A stretch of 64,000 bases of DNA, from NCBI GenBank assembly GCA_036172245.1, contig JAYWIR010000010.1:3658001-3722000 (forward strand). The letters run 5' to 3'. Position 1 is the first letter of the stretch. Each line of letters opens with the position of its first letter. Made by a program: the position numbers and the translations under genes. Positions 50,450 to 62,779 of this stretch are shown here, one piece after another. The notes below the pieces were generated by a model that had not been told where the DNA came from, searched no databases, and saw only the letters and a list, made by a program, of their open reading frames with translations. This stretch comes from Raillietiella orientalis (taxonomy: Eukaryota).

Positions 50450-52350
50450 TCTGCTGGTTGCCTTCCCGGCCGAGGCTGAAGCTCTGGAGGGTTGGTGAGC
50501 GTTACGTCCTCCTCGAAGACATGGCGAAGCGCCTTCTTGGAATGCACGTCCTCTACCGCTGGAAGCTTGGCGTCCATGATCAGGGGGAGCCGTCTTCCCG
50601 GAATGCCGTCATGCGATTCTGGAGTCGTCTCAATTTGACTGGGGGATGAAAAATTCCTTCGGATTCCTTCCTAAGAGTTGCCACATTCCCTCACCCCCCT
50701 CCTCCCTTCCTCCTCTCCAGTGACTTACGGAAGCGTAGCAACGATGCAGGTTCAGTAGCCGGCAGTTCAGGGCTGCTGGAGCAGAATTGCCACACCTCAA
50801 GCTGTTTGAGTGATGGCGCTTTCGCGAGAGCAGCACAGGAGAGCGGAGGTCCTCAAAGTCAACATATCTTGGAGGGGAGGAATTTCTCGGCTGCTCAGAA
50901 AGATCCGATACTCGCATCACGTTGGCAATGTTGAACGGTAGAGCTGTCAGCGACGGAGTGGTGGTCTTCAAGTGCGATCACCTGCTATTGCTGTTTCTGC
51001 TGCTGCTGCTGGTGGTGATGATGATGATGCCTACGCGCCCGCAGATGGCAAGGGGATTTCGAAATCGGATTCTTTCCCAGGTGGAGCTTCCGGCCTCTTA
51101 GTAGGGGATCGTTTTGCCACGTGTTTAAAACATGGAACATGGCGGACATGCGAAGCGAAAAGACCTAGTCGTGAACGTTCCATTACTTGGAGCCTTCTCT
51201 TGAGAGTAACGAGTGGCGCATTTGTTCCCTGAAAGTAGAACGAAACTTGACTGTGTTGTCACTTCGCTGCCTCTGACTCGCGGGTCTCTCGCTCAACCGG
51301 CGGCATGGGAATCCATCCGAGTTCACCCCGAATCCTCCACCGACCGCGGTCGCCGCATGGAGGGAACGAGCACCTGGGTAGGGAGCGAGGTCAGTTCGGT
51401 TACGTCTACGTCCTCTTCGGCCTCGAAGAACTCCCGGATTGGTAGCTTGTGAGATCCACCGTCCCATCCAACTGCCAAGCCCCAGCCGCAGGTTCCCTCT
51501 CAACCGGGGCAGGATGTTCTGAGTCCGTGTTTTCGCTCTCACTGGTCACAACGATGACGTACATCGCCGTCCTTAGTGCGGGACGTTTTGACGGGGATCG
51601 GCCCTCGCTTCCTTCATGACCACCGGGTTCGTGGTCGTGTGACCCCTTCGCTTTGTATTTGTTATACGAAGCACGCTGATCGTCGCGTGCCTGGCTGCCT
51701 CCCTCACAGCTCTTTGACACTGTTCCACACCACCCGAGGGTGCGTGCAATTCTTCAAGATAGGGTTTATCACCCAGTCACGCCAGGACGATTGTTATAAA
51801 ATGTGTAGGGCCATCGGCCCTTCATTGCCCGAAATTGCTTGGAACCTGCCGAGTAACCGGCACGCAAGCCAGCGAGGTTCTCCTCGGCAGCAAGGGTGAA
51901 AGGGGTGTAGGGGAAAGGCAAACAGAAAAAAACATTCTGGAACGCTTTCGCAAAGCTGTTGTCAAAATGGATGCATCCGACAGATGCCCTTCGCATAACT
52001 ACAAGGAACACATCATCCAATTATAAACTTATAAAAACACACTTTGGTAATGACGTGTGTGACTATTTCAACTAAACTACAACATCAAAAAAACACATAC
52101 GCACACATAAATGCATGAGAAATGAGCTCGCATCAAGTGAGCACATCCTCATTCATAAGAAACCAGTCAAATTCTGCATGTCCATCCACGCAATGATCAG
52201 AACACAGACTTTTGTGGAAAATGCACTTACCAGAGGACTGTGTCGAAAAATTTCTGATCCCCGATGGAGATACTGAAAGGACTAATCCAGAATGAGATCG
52301 GCATCAGGAATTGTGGAAGACTCCAAGCCTGGACGTACCGGTACATCCTG
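50450..52350 (-). pseudogene. Low-complexity multi-exon coding relic of unknown product
   Basis: GTAAGT donors near 52230 and 50728 and protein-like frames (RYVDFEDLRSPVLLSRKRHHSNS; PIREFFEAEEDVDVTELTSLP) interrupted by stops. Confidence 0.3.
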
Positions 52351-54699
52351 AAGAGGATTGAAGACGATGCCCAGACAACAACATCGAGGAATCCACCCTA
52401 AGTGCAGAACTTATGAAACCCCAAAAGGACTTCCAAGTGTGAGAAAAAAAACAGTGTTTAAACAGTGTGAATGAAAGTGTAGTGTGGAGGTAAAGAAAAT
52501 AAATTTACCCCACCCCTTGTAGGACTAGGGGAAAATCGAAAAATTTCTGATCCAAGGACGTGTCTCAGAAAAAAGCTCCCGTGAATATGTAAAGGAACTC
52601 TCATCAGCTGACGGAAACGAAGATGCGCGAACACATGTCTGAGAATGATGCTTGTTCAGATGTGTACAAGATTCAAATACAGGCATTTCAGAATACCGAT
52701 ATGGGAAAGTCCACCCAAGGAGGTATTTATTTCCAAGGAACAACATCTAAAGATGCTTAATGAAAGATGGCTATCTGCAGCCTGTGCCCAAAGCGTTGCT
52801 CTATGAGACGCTTATTCCAAGACAAAACTTGTTTCCAGACGTGTGGTGCTACAACCCCTTCGTCAACAGAAACTTCAGCAGAGACCGTGTGCACCATTGT
52901 CTTTACAGAATATGCCTATTCAAGGGCCTTTATGAGGAAACCTTTAGAAAGAAGATGCTTTCACAGAGTGCAATCCCGAAATCTCTACCTCAATGCGCAG
53001 GTGAAGGTGCTTCTGCAAAAGAGGCTTGTCGTAACACTGTCTTTGGAGAAGATCGTACCAATATACCAGTTGAAGTCCACGTATACATCTACATCACATC
53101 CATCGAGGAAGCATGGATACAAAGGCCTTCCATTCATGAAGAAGCTTGGAATTTTTACTAATTGAAGCTCACCGCAGTGTGATTCTGAGGATGTGTCCCA
53201 GAAAAGTGCTTGCACTGGGATCATTCTAAGTGTCTCATCCATTACATGTGCTTTGGCAAGAGATAGCCAAAGATGGGTGAAATTTCTTGCGCGTTATTTT
53301 TGACGTTCAAGAGCTCCTCCGGATGGAATAGGGTGCGTTTCGTGTTCTGGAATGGTGCCTGGTCGCGAGGGTTGATGGGCACAGCTGTCATGGAGTTACA
53401 AGGGAGGTTTTCATCCTTTTCACCCAGGCCGAGCGTTTACCTATTGGAAATATACATGCAGGCTTTACGCAACACAGTGGAGGGAGTCGCACAACTTGGG
53501 CCGGGAAGAGGGGTACAAAGTAGAAAGGGAATACAATGAGCAAATAGAAAAATAAATAGATGGGGTAGGGTAAGGGTCACTGTCCTCAGTCCTTCTGGAC
53601 TTCACCCTTTTGCGCAATGTGGACGATGTCCTTCGCTTTTTGACCCAGCTGGTTCAGACGAGGATACATAGCGCAAGATGGAGGATGCATTTCCGCAGCT
53701 GCCGAAGTCCATCTCGGCAAAGAAATGCCGCACGAGTTCTTGGGTGAGTGTCATTCGGCTGGGAAGGGACTGCTGGCAATGCGCTCCCGGCCCCGGATGA
53801 ATGGCGCTACAGTCCACACATCGCCAACGATCCAAAAACTCGCAAAATTCAAGGACCTTCCTTCCCCATGCATACAGTGGCAGCTGCCACTGCACATCAG
53901 TCCCCAATGTATAGGGTTTCTAAATAGGAAGGAAGAAGGAAGGAAGAAAAATGCACAAAAGTTTCAGACAACACCGCTGGTCCCTCCCGGAGGACTCATT
54001 CGCTGGGATGAACTCTTCGGCATCCTAACGGAAGAGCAGGAGATATCCCCGATGAGTGCGAAGAGCTCGTGCTTCCACTTCAAGTGGCAGCAGTCGGCGC
54101 TGCTGATGCTCCGTTAGGCAGCCCCCTGGCAACGCGCGTCTCTACCGCTGGACGAGGGGGAACGTCAGTGCCAACTGAGCCAGAAATTTTCCCCCAACCT
54201 GCTCTTGGCTTGTACTGCCCTGTGGGCACTAAGGGAATTTCTCGGCATCCCTCCCTTCCGCAGTGGACAACCCAGTAAACAACTTGAGGAACCTCTTTGC
54301 GTGGAGTGCCTGGTCGTCAGTTGCTGCCGTCGCAACGCCGTGCTGTTCACTAGGAGCCTTCAGTCTCGAGAAACGACGCCGAGGGAGGACGGGATGCCGC
54401 TACCCTTCGTCGCCCTCCTGCTCCTGAGGATCGAGGCGAGGCGGAACTACTTCAGCAGCTACCAAGAGGAGCCCTCCGGCACCCTTCAAAGGATGCAGAG
54501 AATCACACATCGCGGGATTGATCCCTTACCTGTCCCCTCAGCTTAACTCGACCGTTTTTTTTTTTTTCTTGCTTTTCTTGTCCCCCTAATTCCCTCCGTA
54601 ACGTTGTGGGCCTCCCAGTGGGTGATCGAACTTGGTGGAACAAACAGTCCCACCGGTTTCTGTCTGTTTTTTTCTTCTGTAAAAAAGTAAACGCTCCGG

Positions 54700-57600
54700 C
54701 GGAACCGGACGACAACGCAGACAACGCTGGTTGGGCACTGAGATAACCTCATACGCTTGTCAGAAAAAGGGAACATTAGCAGGAAAACGAAACCGCCTTC
54801 CCGTACACAAAAGGGGTGACGTCGAGCAACATCGTGGGGGAGGAACTCATCAAAAATCCCGCGAGGCTTGAGCTTGCGCCCTGCAAGATTTCATTGCTGC
54901 GCCCTCTTACGCAGAGAGTTTGGGGAGGTGAAGAGATCCAAGACATCCCTTTGCAAAACACAAGAGGCTGCAAACCACACCGCAGGCAACAGGAAGCTGC
55001 AACTCCTGGGAATCAGATCGTGCCATTCATCCCTCGGAGATTCCGCCCGGATCAGGCGCTATTCAAACTTTGAGCCTGTTCGGTTCCTACGAGAAGGACC
55101 GAGGCCTTTCGTCTGAAATCTGTAACTTCGAAATGCACTTCCAGATGGCCTTTTGCCAAGTAAGAAGTTGCGACAACGATCGGCTGTGTGGAGTCAAAAA
55201 AGCTGATCGGTTGTCGTATGGTCGCTATGGAGAGTGGGTTCTCATCGAAGATGCACAGAATAAGTAATCAAGATGAACAAAGTAGAGCACTGGATCCTGC
55301 TGAAGTCCAAAAGTCCAAAGAGGTCACTGACTCGCACGTCGGCTGCTCAGAAAGATTGGCAGGTAAGCGGAGGAGACAATAAAAAATAAAGAAGGAAGAT
55401 CTCAATAAATAATGAATAAAGGTAAGACAGATAATCGATAAACAAAGGTTGTGGGATGAATGAATAAATAAGGGAGGAAAATGCCCTCTGATAAGTCTGT
55501 GTGCGATACGCGAGGCGTTCCCCTTCACCCTGGGCTGCAGATGGGACCACTTCACCACGTTCCTCCTCGCGGAAGAGGCAAAACCAGCAGCTACCGGTTG
55601 GCAAGGGGGAGCACCCCCAACCCGTGCCAGGCGCGTCCGGAGGCGGTTCCTCGCACCTGTAGGACCCCTCTCCCTCCAGGAACTCGCTGAGTTGCCTGTT
55701 TACACGTGAGGGACTGCCTCCCGCAGCCGGGATCGCGACTACGTAGTGCGAGCCCTGCGGTACTGGAACGGCACGTCATCTGTTGGAAGGAGCACATCAG
55801 GGAAGGAGTAGGGCACATCCCCGACGAGGAGGGCTGAGAGACAGTAGACAGCTGGGAACAAGAATGCTAGGAAGTCGTGCCTCCAGAGGGTATGCAGAGG
55901 CCGCAAAGCGGATGACCAATGGCCCTTCCCTCCTCCTAAAACACCGCTTGGAAGGCGTTTCCCAGAAAATGCTTAAGATGACGCGTATCCATGCCCCTTT
56001 CCATTAGAGAGGGAATCGGAGAGGTCTTTGATCCCACACAACGTGTCGATGAGGAGACACGTCCTCAGAGCATCTTCGGCTCGTCAGGGAGCAGCAATCC
56101 AGTCTGATTCCCCTTCTCTCCGCCTCACCCCACTCCTGTCACCTTCCACCTACTCGTCGGGGCACATGAAGCCTTGGATCCGGAGGGGACTACTTCTCAT
56201 TTCTCCTCCGTCGGCACCAGCAAGGGAACTGTTCCTGGTTGGTGCTCTTCTCAAGAGAACCCCGAAGGAACGCTCCCAAATTTTCTCTGAAGGGCGTTCC
56301 CCGAAGGGAGTGATGCACTTCTTCGGATAGGCATCAACCAGCTCCACGGAAAGCAATCGAAAGGAGCCATTTCTTTTGAGTGCCGAGTGTGTGGAGCCAC
56401 GGTCTCCGCCTCTTTCGGGTGACGCAGAGAGACGGAGGACGGAAACCTCTTCCGAGAGTTTCAAGCCATCTGAAGGAAGATACGTGGACAGCAAGCCGTG
56501 CCTTGCAAGAGTCATTCGGCCTTTATTTCTGTCATGCTGTTCGGAGTTCCCATGACCTCGGTCCAGTCCAACACTCACACCTACGTCTACCAAGTCGGAC
56601 ATAGCAGCTGGTAATTCCGGGCGATTCCCTATTCGAAGTCGAGGCACGTTGAAGAAGTCAATCCCTTCGGAAGGGAAGGAACGACTTCTCCCAGGAGCAA
56701 ATCCATTCGAAGTGCCCTAATCTTGGGATTTGCTTCGATGATCGGCATTCCTGGAGCTCATCTTTCCTCACCAGCTGAGAGTAGATGAGGGCAAAGAATG
56801 GATGGCTTCTTTTTCTCTTCCTTTTCCATCCTTCCAGAGAACGCCTCAGCTCCAATAACCTAGTTCTTGTTTCGGTGTACCGTCAAAGCCACAGGTATGT
56901 GCAGAAAGCCTCTTGTCATGGCTGAAGCCTGGCAACTAGGAACTCTTCCAAGATACCTTCTTCTGCAGACCCTCCTCAACCGTTAGAGGTGGAAGTTTAG
57001 TCATCCCTAGGAATTCATCTATGGTATTTGCGTCAACAGAAGGGTTTCTCTCTGGTCCCGGAGGATTGCTACTGTTGTGATGTCTCCAGTGTTGGAGAGA
57101 AAGTTTGCTAGATTTTACCCAAAGGTGGTACACGCAATGCATGCTCTCTGGGAGACTCTCTTTCTATCCATCCGGGAATTTCTCATCCTAAATGGTAGCA
57201 AAAGATGTGGGGGGGCTCTTTGTTGACGAGGTTAACCAGATGATAGTGACGGAGAGGATTCCATCAGTGCTCTTACCGAAGAGCCGGTGCTCCTATACTG
57301 GAGAAATACAGAGTCACTTTCCTGTATTCGGTCCCTTGACTTTGCCGCACTTCTTCCGATGCTACTTCTGGATTCTCACGTGAGAGAGCAGCTCCCAGTG
57401 TGATACCTCAGCCCTGGTTCTGGTGCTAGAACCAGGACTGGAGTGCCAGCTTCGGACGGAGTTTTCAGTCACCTCCCTGCATCGACTGGCTGGAGACCAC
57501 CGGCTCCCACTTGTCTTGCATCCCTTCCTTGATGAAGGCGGCCAGATGGTCTCTCCTCTTGGATTGGGAGCTGGCGACCAGTAGACAGAGGTTGAGAACC
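54700..57600 (-). mobile_element. Decayed DIRS-type (tyrosine-recombinase) retrotransposon: RT, RNase H, methyltransferase-like domain, probable YR start
   Basis: Motifs in DIRS order across frameshifts: KSTDG..L..VN..FRM (~57270-57180), EK...LPSSTLSW*G (~56810), LKLSEEV, ELVDAY...KIW, EGDRS, GIKDLSDSLS (RNase H, ~56350-56005), GPLVIRFAAS...LP (MT-like, ~55920), LSIATIR/RSAF (~55220). Confidence 0.6.
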
Positions 57601-60600
57601 CTAAACCTAAAAAAATCGTGACCCCCGAGACGCCCAAGGCTTTTGGTGCAAACCTTTGGCGTTTCGGTTGATCCTCACGCAGCACGCGGCCTCGTGTCCA
57701 GTTTAGTCCAGATCGGAGGCTTTGGCAGAGCATCCTAGATTGTTTTTCCTAAGTCGACCCAGGGAGGCCGGCAGGGCGGAATGGTCTGTGCCCGAAACGC
57801 TCACAAAACATGTCCTATTTGCTTCCATGATTCGCGGACGCGCATCTCCAAGACGCTCAGCAGCATCCATGAGTACCACTCTCTCTCCTCACAAGGTGGT
57901 GCGGCTTCCCTTCCGTTAATCTTCGTCTTATCTGTGGCTCTCGCCTGCGCAGGTGGGCCATACGGGCATCCCGCTAGAGTGACGGCCGTCTTCAGTAGAC
58001 GGCAGCGCGTTCCTAGCTCCCATTCCATTCTCAGGTGTGTGAATTTCTCTGGTCATAAGGGAACTAACGCCTTATTCTTCTTCCTGATTTCCTACTCAAG
58101 CAGATTCTTTGTGAAGTTGGAGCGCTTGACATGGATTCAATCCAATCTGTTTCTACCCATCCGAATCCACGATGACTTCACGTGCGCCCATTGCAGTGGT
58201 CAGAGCGAGCATCTGCAAGTTCCCTCCCCCAATGTCTAAGTAAAAAAGGATACGAGGATGTCCCGTTGCTTCTCAATGAAGTAGGAATCGTGAGGAGTGG
58301 TGGTCAAGTCGCACGATCTAGTAGCAGAGGTTCTCTCGTTCCTCGCGTGGTCTGTTCGTGACTCGCTGTCGCAGAATGAAGGATTCTTCGCCAGGAGAGT
58401 GTCACAAACCACGAAGGCTTCGATGGAGTCGGATCACAATTTACATTTCCTTTATGTCGTTTACTGTCTCGCAACGGTCTTTCTCTTCCTCTTGGGGGCG
58501 TGGCGCGATCCTTGGCCCAAACCTCGTGATTTTGGTTGCACGGACGATTGTTGCTGCTTCTAGACTTTCCCTCCTTCTCATTGGCGTTTTGCTGGGCAGG
58601 TACAGCGTTGTGCAGCATCCGAAAGAAGAAGCGGGGTGCGCGGACGGAAGTTCATCTGTTCCTTCCTAGGGCAGCGGCGCCACCTGCGGTTCAGCAACAG
58701 TCGCGAACCTTCAGAAGAAAATGACACGCTTCAGAAAGGGCACTGACGATCCCGTGGATGAGTCAGGCTACCGCTAAAAAACCAAGAAAGCTCCTTGTGG
58801 AAGACCATGCCATCGACACTTCCGTAAAGTCGCTGCTGGAAAATCAGCCATCGAGAAATGCTGGAAAGGTCGACTCCCTTTTCGAGCTTTCCTCAAGATT
58901 CTTGGAGGACTTCGCCCCTCGAATAGCATGAGCTCCCCTGAGCACTCTTCGCGGCTGACTAATTACGGCATTCGGTGGAACAGAATTCTTCAAAAAGTAC
59001 AGAATCCTCGTAAGGAAGCTCGCAGCTTGGCTCTTCGCACTCGCATTCCCCGTTCAAGCCGCTAACGAAACGCCACCTGCATTCGTTGTAGGTGTCGTTT
59101 TGTTTATCCATGGAAACGCCGTTCACTCTCAAAAACAACCTACTTTCGGTGTCTAGAAAGAAAGTTGACGCTTTTCTGTTCTCTGAGTGCCATTTGGGAA
59201 AGTCCTGTCACATCATCCAAATCGGCGAAAATGAGTTTTTCGGGTCGTCAGCACCCCATGAAAGCTCAGCGAAGCTTTGATAGAAAGTAAAAGCTCCTTT
59301 ACTGTAGGGGGGCTCTTGTGTTTGAAATCGGTCCATCTTTCCACTACAGGCGATCCGTCGACTGAAGCCAATCTGGTCTTTGTTCTGGGTCCTTCATCGA
59401 TAGCTGCAAAAGCCTAATGTTTTTTTACAAGAGGAAGACTCCAATTTTTAGTGTGCTGGTTATCTCTTCGTAGAGGACGCTTCAGCGCAAGCAGGAGCCT
59501 GAGTTTAGACTTCTGAGTAGTGGATTGAGGATCGTTCGTGGATCTTCCACGGAAGGCATGTAGCCTTCTTTCCCGGATCAGAGGATGAAAGAACAGGAAT
59601 AAACAGAACCTTTCGATAATTGCATCAGCCCTTGGTCAGATAGTTAAAGGGAAAGAGGGAGGAAAAAAGGAGGACTGTCCCGTTTTGAAGCAAGAGGCAC
59701 CCGCTGAGGAATTCTGGTTTCCGAGGAATGGCTCTTGCAGATGATGCGTGGCACCGAAGACTGAAATGAAGTCCTTCAAGAGACAGGGAACCCTTGTGTG
59801 TTTTCCTCCGTTTGAATGACCCAGCAGATAAATCCCTGCTCTGTAGATGAGGTCTTTTGCTACCTCCTCTTGCGTTTCTTCTTTTTTCCTGCAGCAGCTC
59901 GAGCGTCGCACAAACAGCAGACTTTCAAACTATCGGAAGAAAAATGTCCACATGGCGTGCTCCTGAGCTTCTCATGAGGTAAGAACATCATGAGGAGCTC
60001 ATCCGCACGTCTGGAAAAATCCAGATCACTTCGATGGGACGAGAACCACTACTATCCTCCCTCAGACTATGTTCCCTACCCTTTCTCCTCCTCCCTCCCC
60101 TTGCTCGCGAGCTCTCCTTCTAAAGAAGCCAGCGGCCTCCTCTGAAAGCGGAAGTTGGTCTGCAATGACGGGCAGCTCGGACTGCAGGTTTCCCCTTTTG
60201 TTAAATCGACTCTTGGTGACGACTTTCGCCTCTCTTTTAAAATTCTTGCCATGTAAGTGCAGCTGCGGTGGACAGGTCCACCATGGTCCCTCCCGCACAT
60301 CAATAAGCACCCACAATGTGCTTTGAGGCAGAACCCTCCACTCGAAATGCTGCATCAGCCGTCAGTGAGATCCGAAAAGTCTACTGAAGGATCGAAACGA
60401 AATGCCCTGATCAACCAAAATGGGTCCACCTCAAAGGTTTTCGTGGGACACCATGAATGAAGTTCATGTATGTAGAAAAATCAGCTCTTTTAAGAGGGGA
60501 GACTGGAAATGATCTTGGCATAAAGAAAGCCCATAGGGAAAGGGAACAATGGGTGGCTCAAGGAGACCAGAGGGACAGAATGTTCAGCAAACAGACTGGA

Positions 60601-62779
60601 AGCATGGCCACCAACCATCTCGAACTAACCACCAAGGTGCTGACGGCGGGGAACAGAGACCGATAGTACGAAACCTGCCGTCATCGGACACAGGCATCGA
60701 GCTGACCATCGGAGAGCCAGGACAACCTCACCTCATTTTACCACAAACGGGGGGAAACCTCCGTGTTGAGTAAAAGCGAGGCCCTGGTCCCGGGACACGA
60801 GAGAGGAATTCTCTGCTCGGCCCGTAGAGAAGCGGAATTCCTCGAAATGCGCCTCTTCAGCTTCGCCACGCGCAACAAGGACCGGGATTGCGTATGGAGG
60901 ACAAGACACACTCCAGAGACGGCGGAAGACGACATCCCGAGAAGCTTGGTCGAAGGCTCGTCCCGAAGCGCAACTCGACCGTTCGGAAGTGGCCTGCCTT
61001 CTTTACCTTGGCCGTGCCGGCGCGGTAAAGAAGGCAACATCGAAGGCAGCTGGGCGACGGCAGCGCACATTGCTGGAAACGGGAAGTAGCGATCAGGAGG
61101 TGTGCACGGAGGCCCGGATGGGAACGTGCTTGCGCTTTCTCCGTGAAGGCAGGAGCCGCGGCCGAAAAGGGAGCCAGGAGGAACGACGAGACCCCCCGAG
61201 AACGCGCACACGTGGCTGCGTTTGGTTGTCGTCAGCCCTCGCACCAATCGCAAGCCACTGTGAGCATCCCTTTAGAAAAAAAAAGGGATCAATTCCAATG
61301 TTTGGGCACCAAGGAAACGGGAAACGATGCGTTCTTATCCTTTGCATCTCAGGAAGCGCCTGTGGGTCCGTCTCCTCCGTCCGCTTGCTCCAAAGCACTC
61401 CCTGCAACAGCGGAAGGCAGCCTCCTCCTGGAGAAGGGACTTTTAGCTCATCCTGGATCTGGGATCCGGGTTTGTCATCAGAAGGGTGAAAACATCCTTT
61501 CTCATGAGTTCATCGAGATGAGAATCTGAAGCCGCTTCACTTGTTGATGATGACGTGATTTTTTTTTAGAGACGAGCGGACTGCTCTATCTGCCCTGAAG
61601 GGATTGTGTAATCGAGTCTTGGTGGCAAGAAGAAAATGCAGTTATCGACACAAATAACATCTCGTTCCGCAAACGAAAGATCTACAGAATGATAACAGTC
61701 TGAGTAAAGCACAGTCTGAGTAATCGTAGGTCTCATGCTGTCTTTGAAGAGAAAAGTTTACATAGATGCTGTGCTCCCCCACTGGAGGGCGTGGATCAGA
61801 AATTGATAGAAAAATCTGACGAATCGTGCTCACCAGCCCCAACCTCATTCCCCGAACAGGACCAGTAGTTAGCGGCCTCCAGTCAGCCTTTTCCTGGGAA
61901 AGGTTCACAAATCGAATCCAGGAATGGCTCCTCACGAAGAAAGGGAAGAAATTACAAGGGACGTCTCTTGCCCTTCAGAAACGGCGCCAGAAGATGCAAG
62001 GCGGAAGTAGGAAAGCAAACATGGAGGTATGGACCTCCATTTGGTCTTCAAAGGATTCCAAATTAAAGAAGCAATTTACCGAATAAAAGGTCAGACGTCA
62101 TTATGCAGTTGCCATAATAGATCTTTCCAGTGTGGTAATGTGGCCATGTCGTGACCATCTACCCAAACCGTCATGATATGGCATGACTTTTCATGCAGAG
62201 TCGGAATGTCAATCGAAAATTTAAACCATGTGGGTAAATTGAGATAGCAATGAATCCGTTTACCTTGCAGGATGTGATCAAAATCCAAAGACTTTGACTT
62301 CAGAACACGTGAACTGTTGATTGACGTCATTATGGGAGCGTTCGTTGCGGTTCATCTGGGATCGTGGGGTCGGGAGACAGACGGAGCGATTCGGGGAAGA
62401 CAGGCGGAAGACGTCAAAAAAAGGTGGGTGTTCGAACATCCAGCATTCTTGAGGATTATCCAAGCGGAAGCGTCAAACACGTTTCCTCCCGCGCTGAAAA
62501 CCGCAACCCCATCACCAGGCCGAGTTCAAAAGAACAGATGGAATGAAAAAATGCTAGTGGTTTCTCCCCTTCCTTCCTTCGCTTTCTCTATCTCCTTCCT
62601 CCCCTTTCTTATCCTGGAGCGCGTCCAATAGCTTTCAGGTTTGCGACTACGTACAAGTTACTGATCCCTTTTTTCTCCCAGATGCAAGAGTGAATTCACC
62701 GCCAATTACGAGCAAGAGGACTGCGTTCCACCATCCAACCAAACTCGAATGCGCGCGCCTGCGGTAAATCTCTTCGGCG

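Noticed and set aside
60290..60450. QHFEWRVLPQ resembling an RT LPQG motif
   Set aside because: No YxDD downstream; insufficient support.
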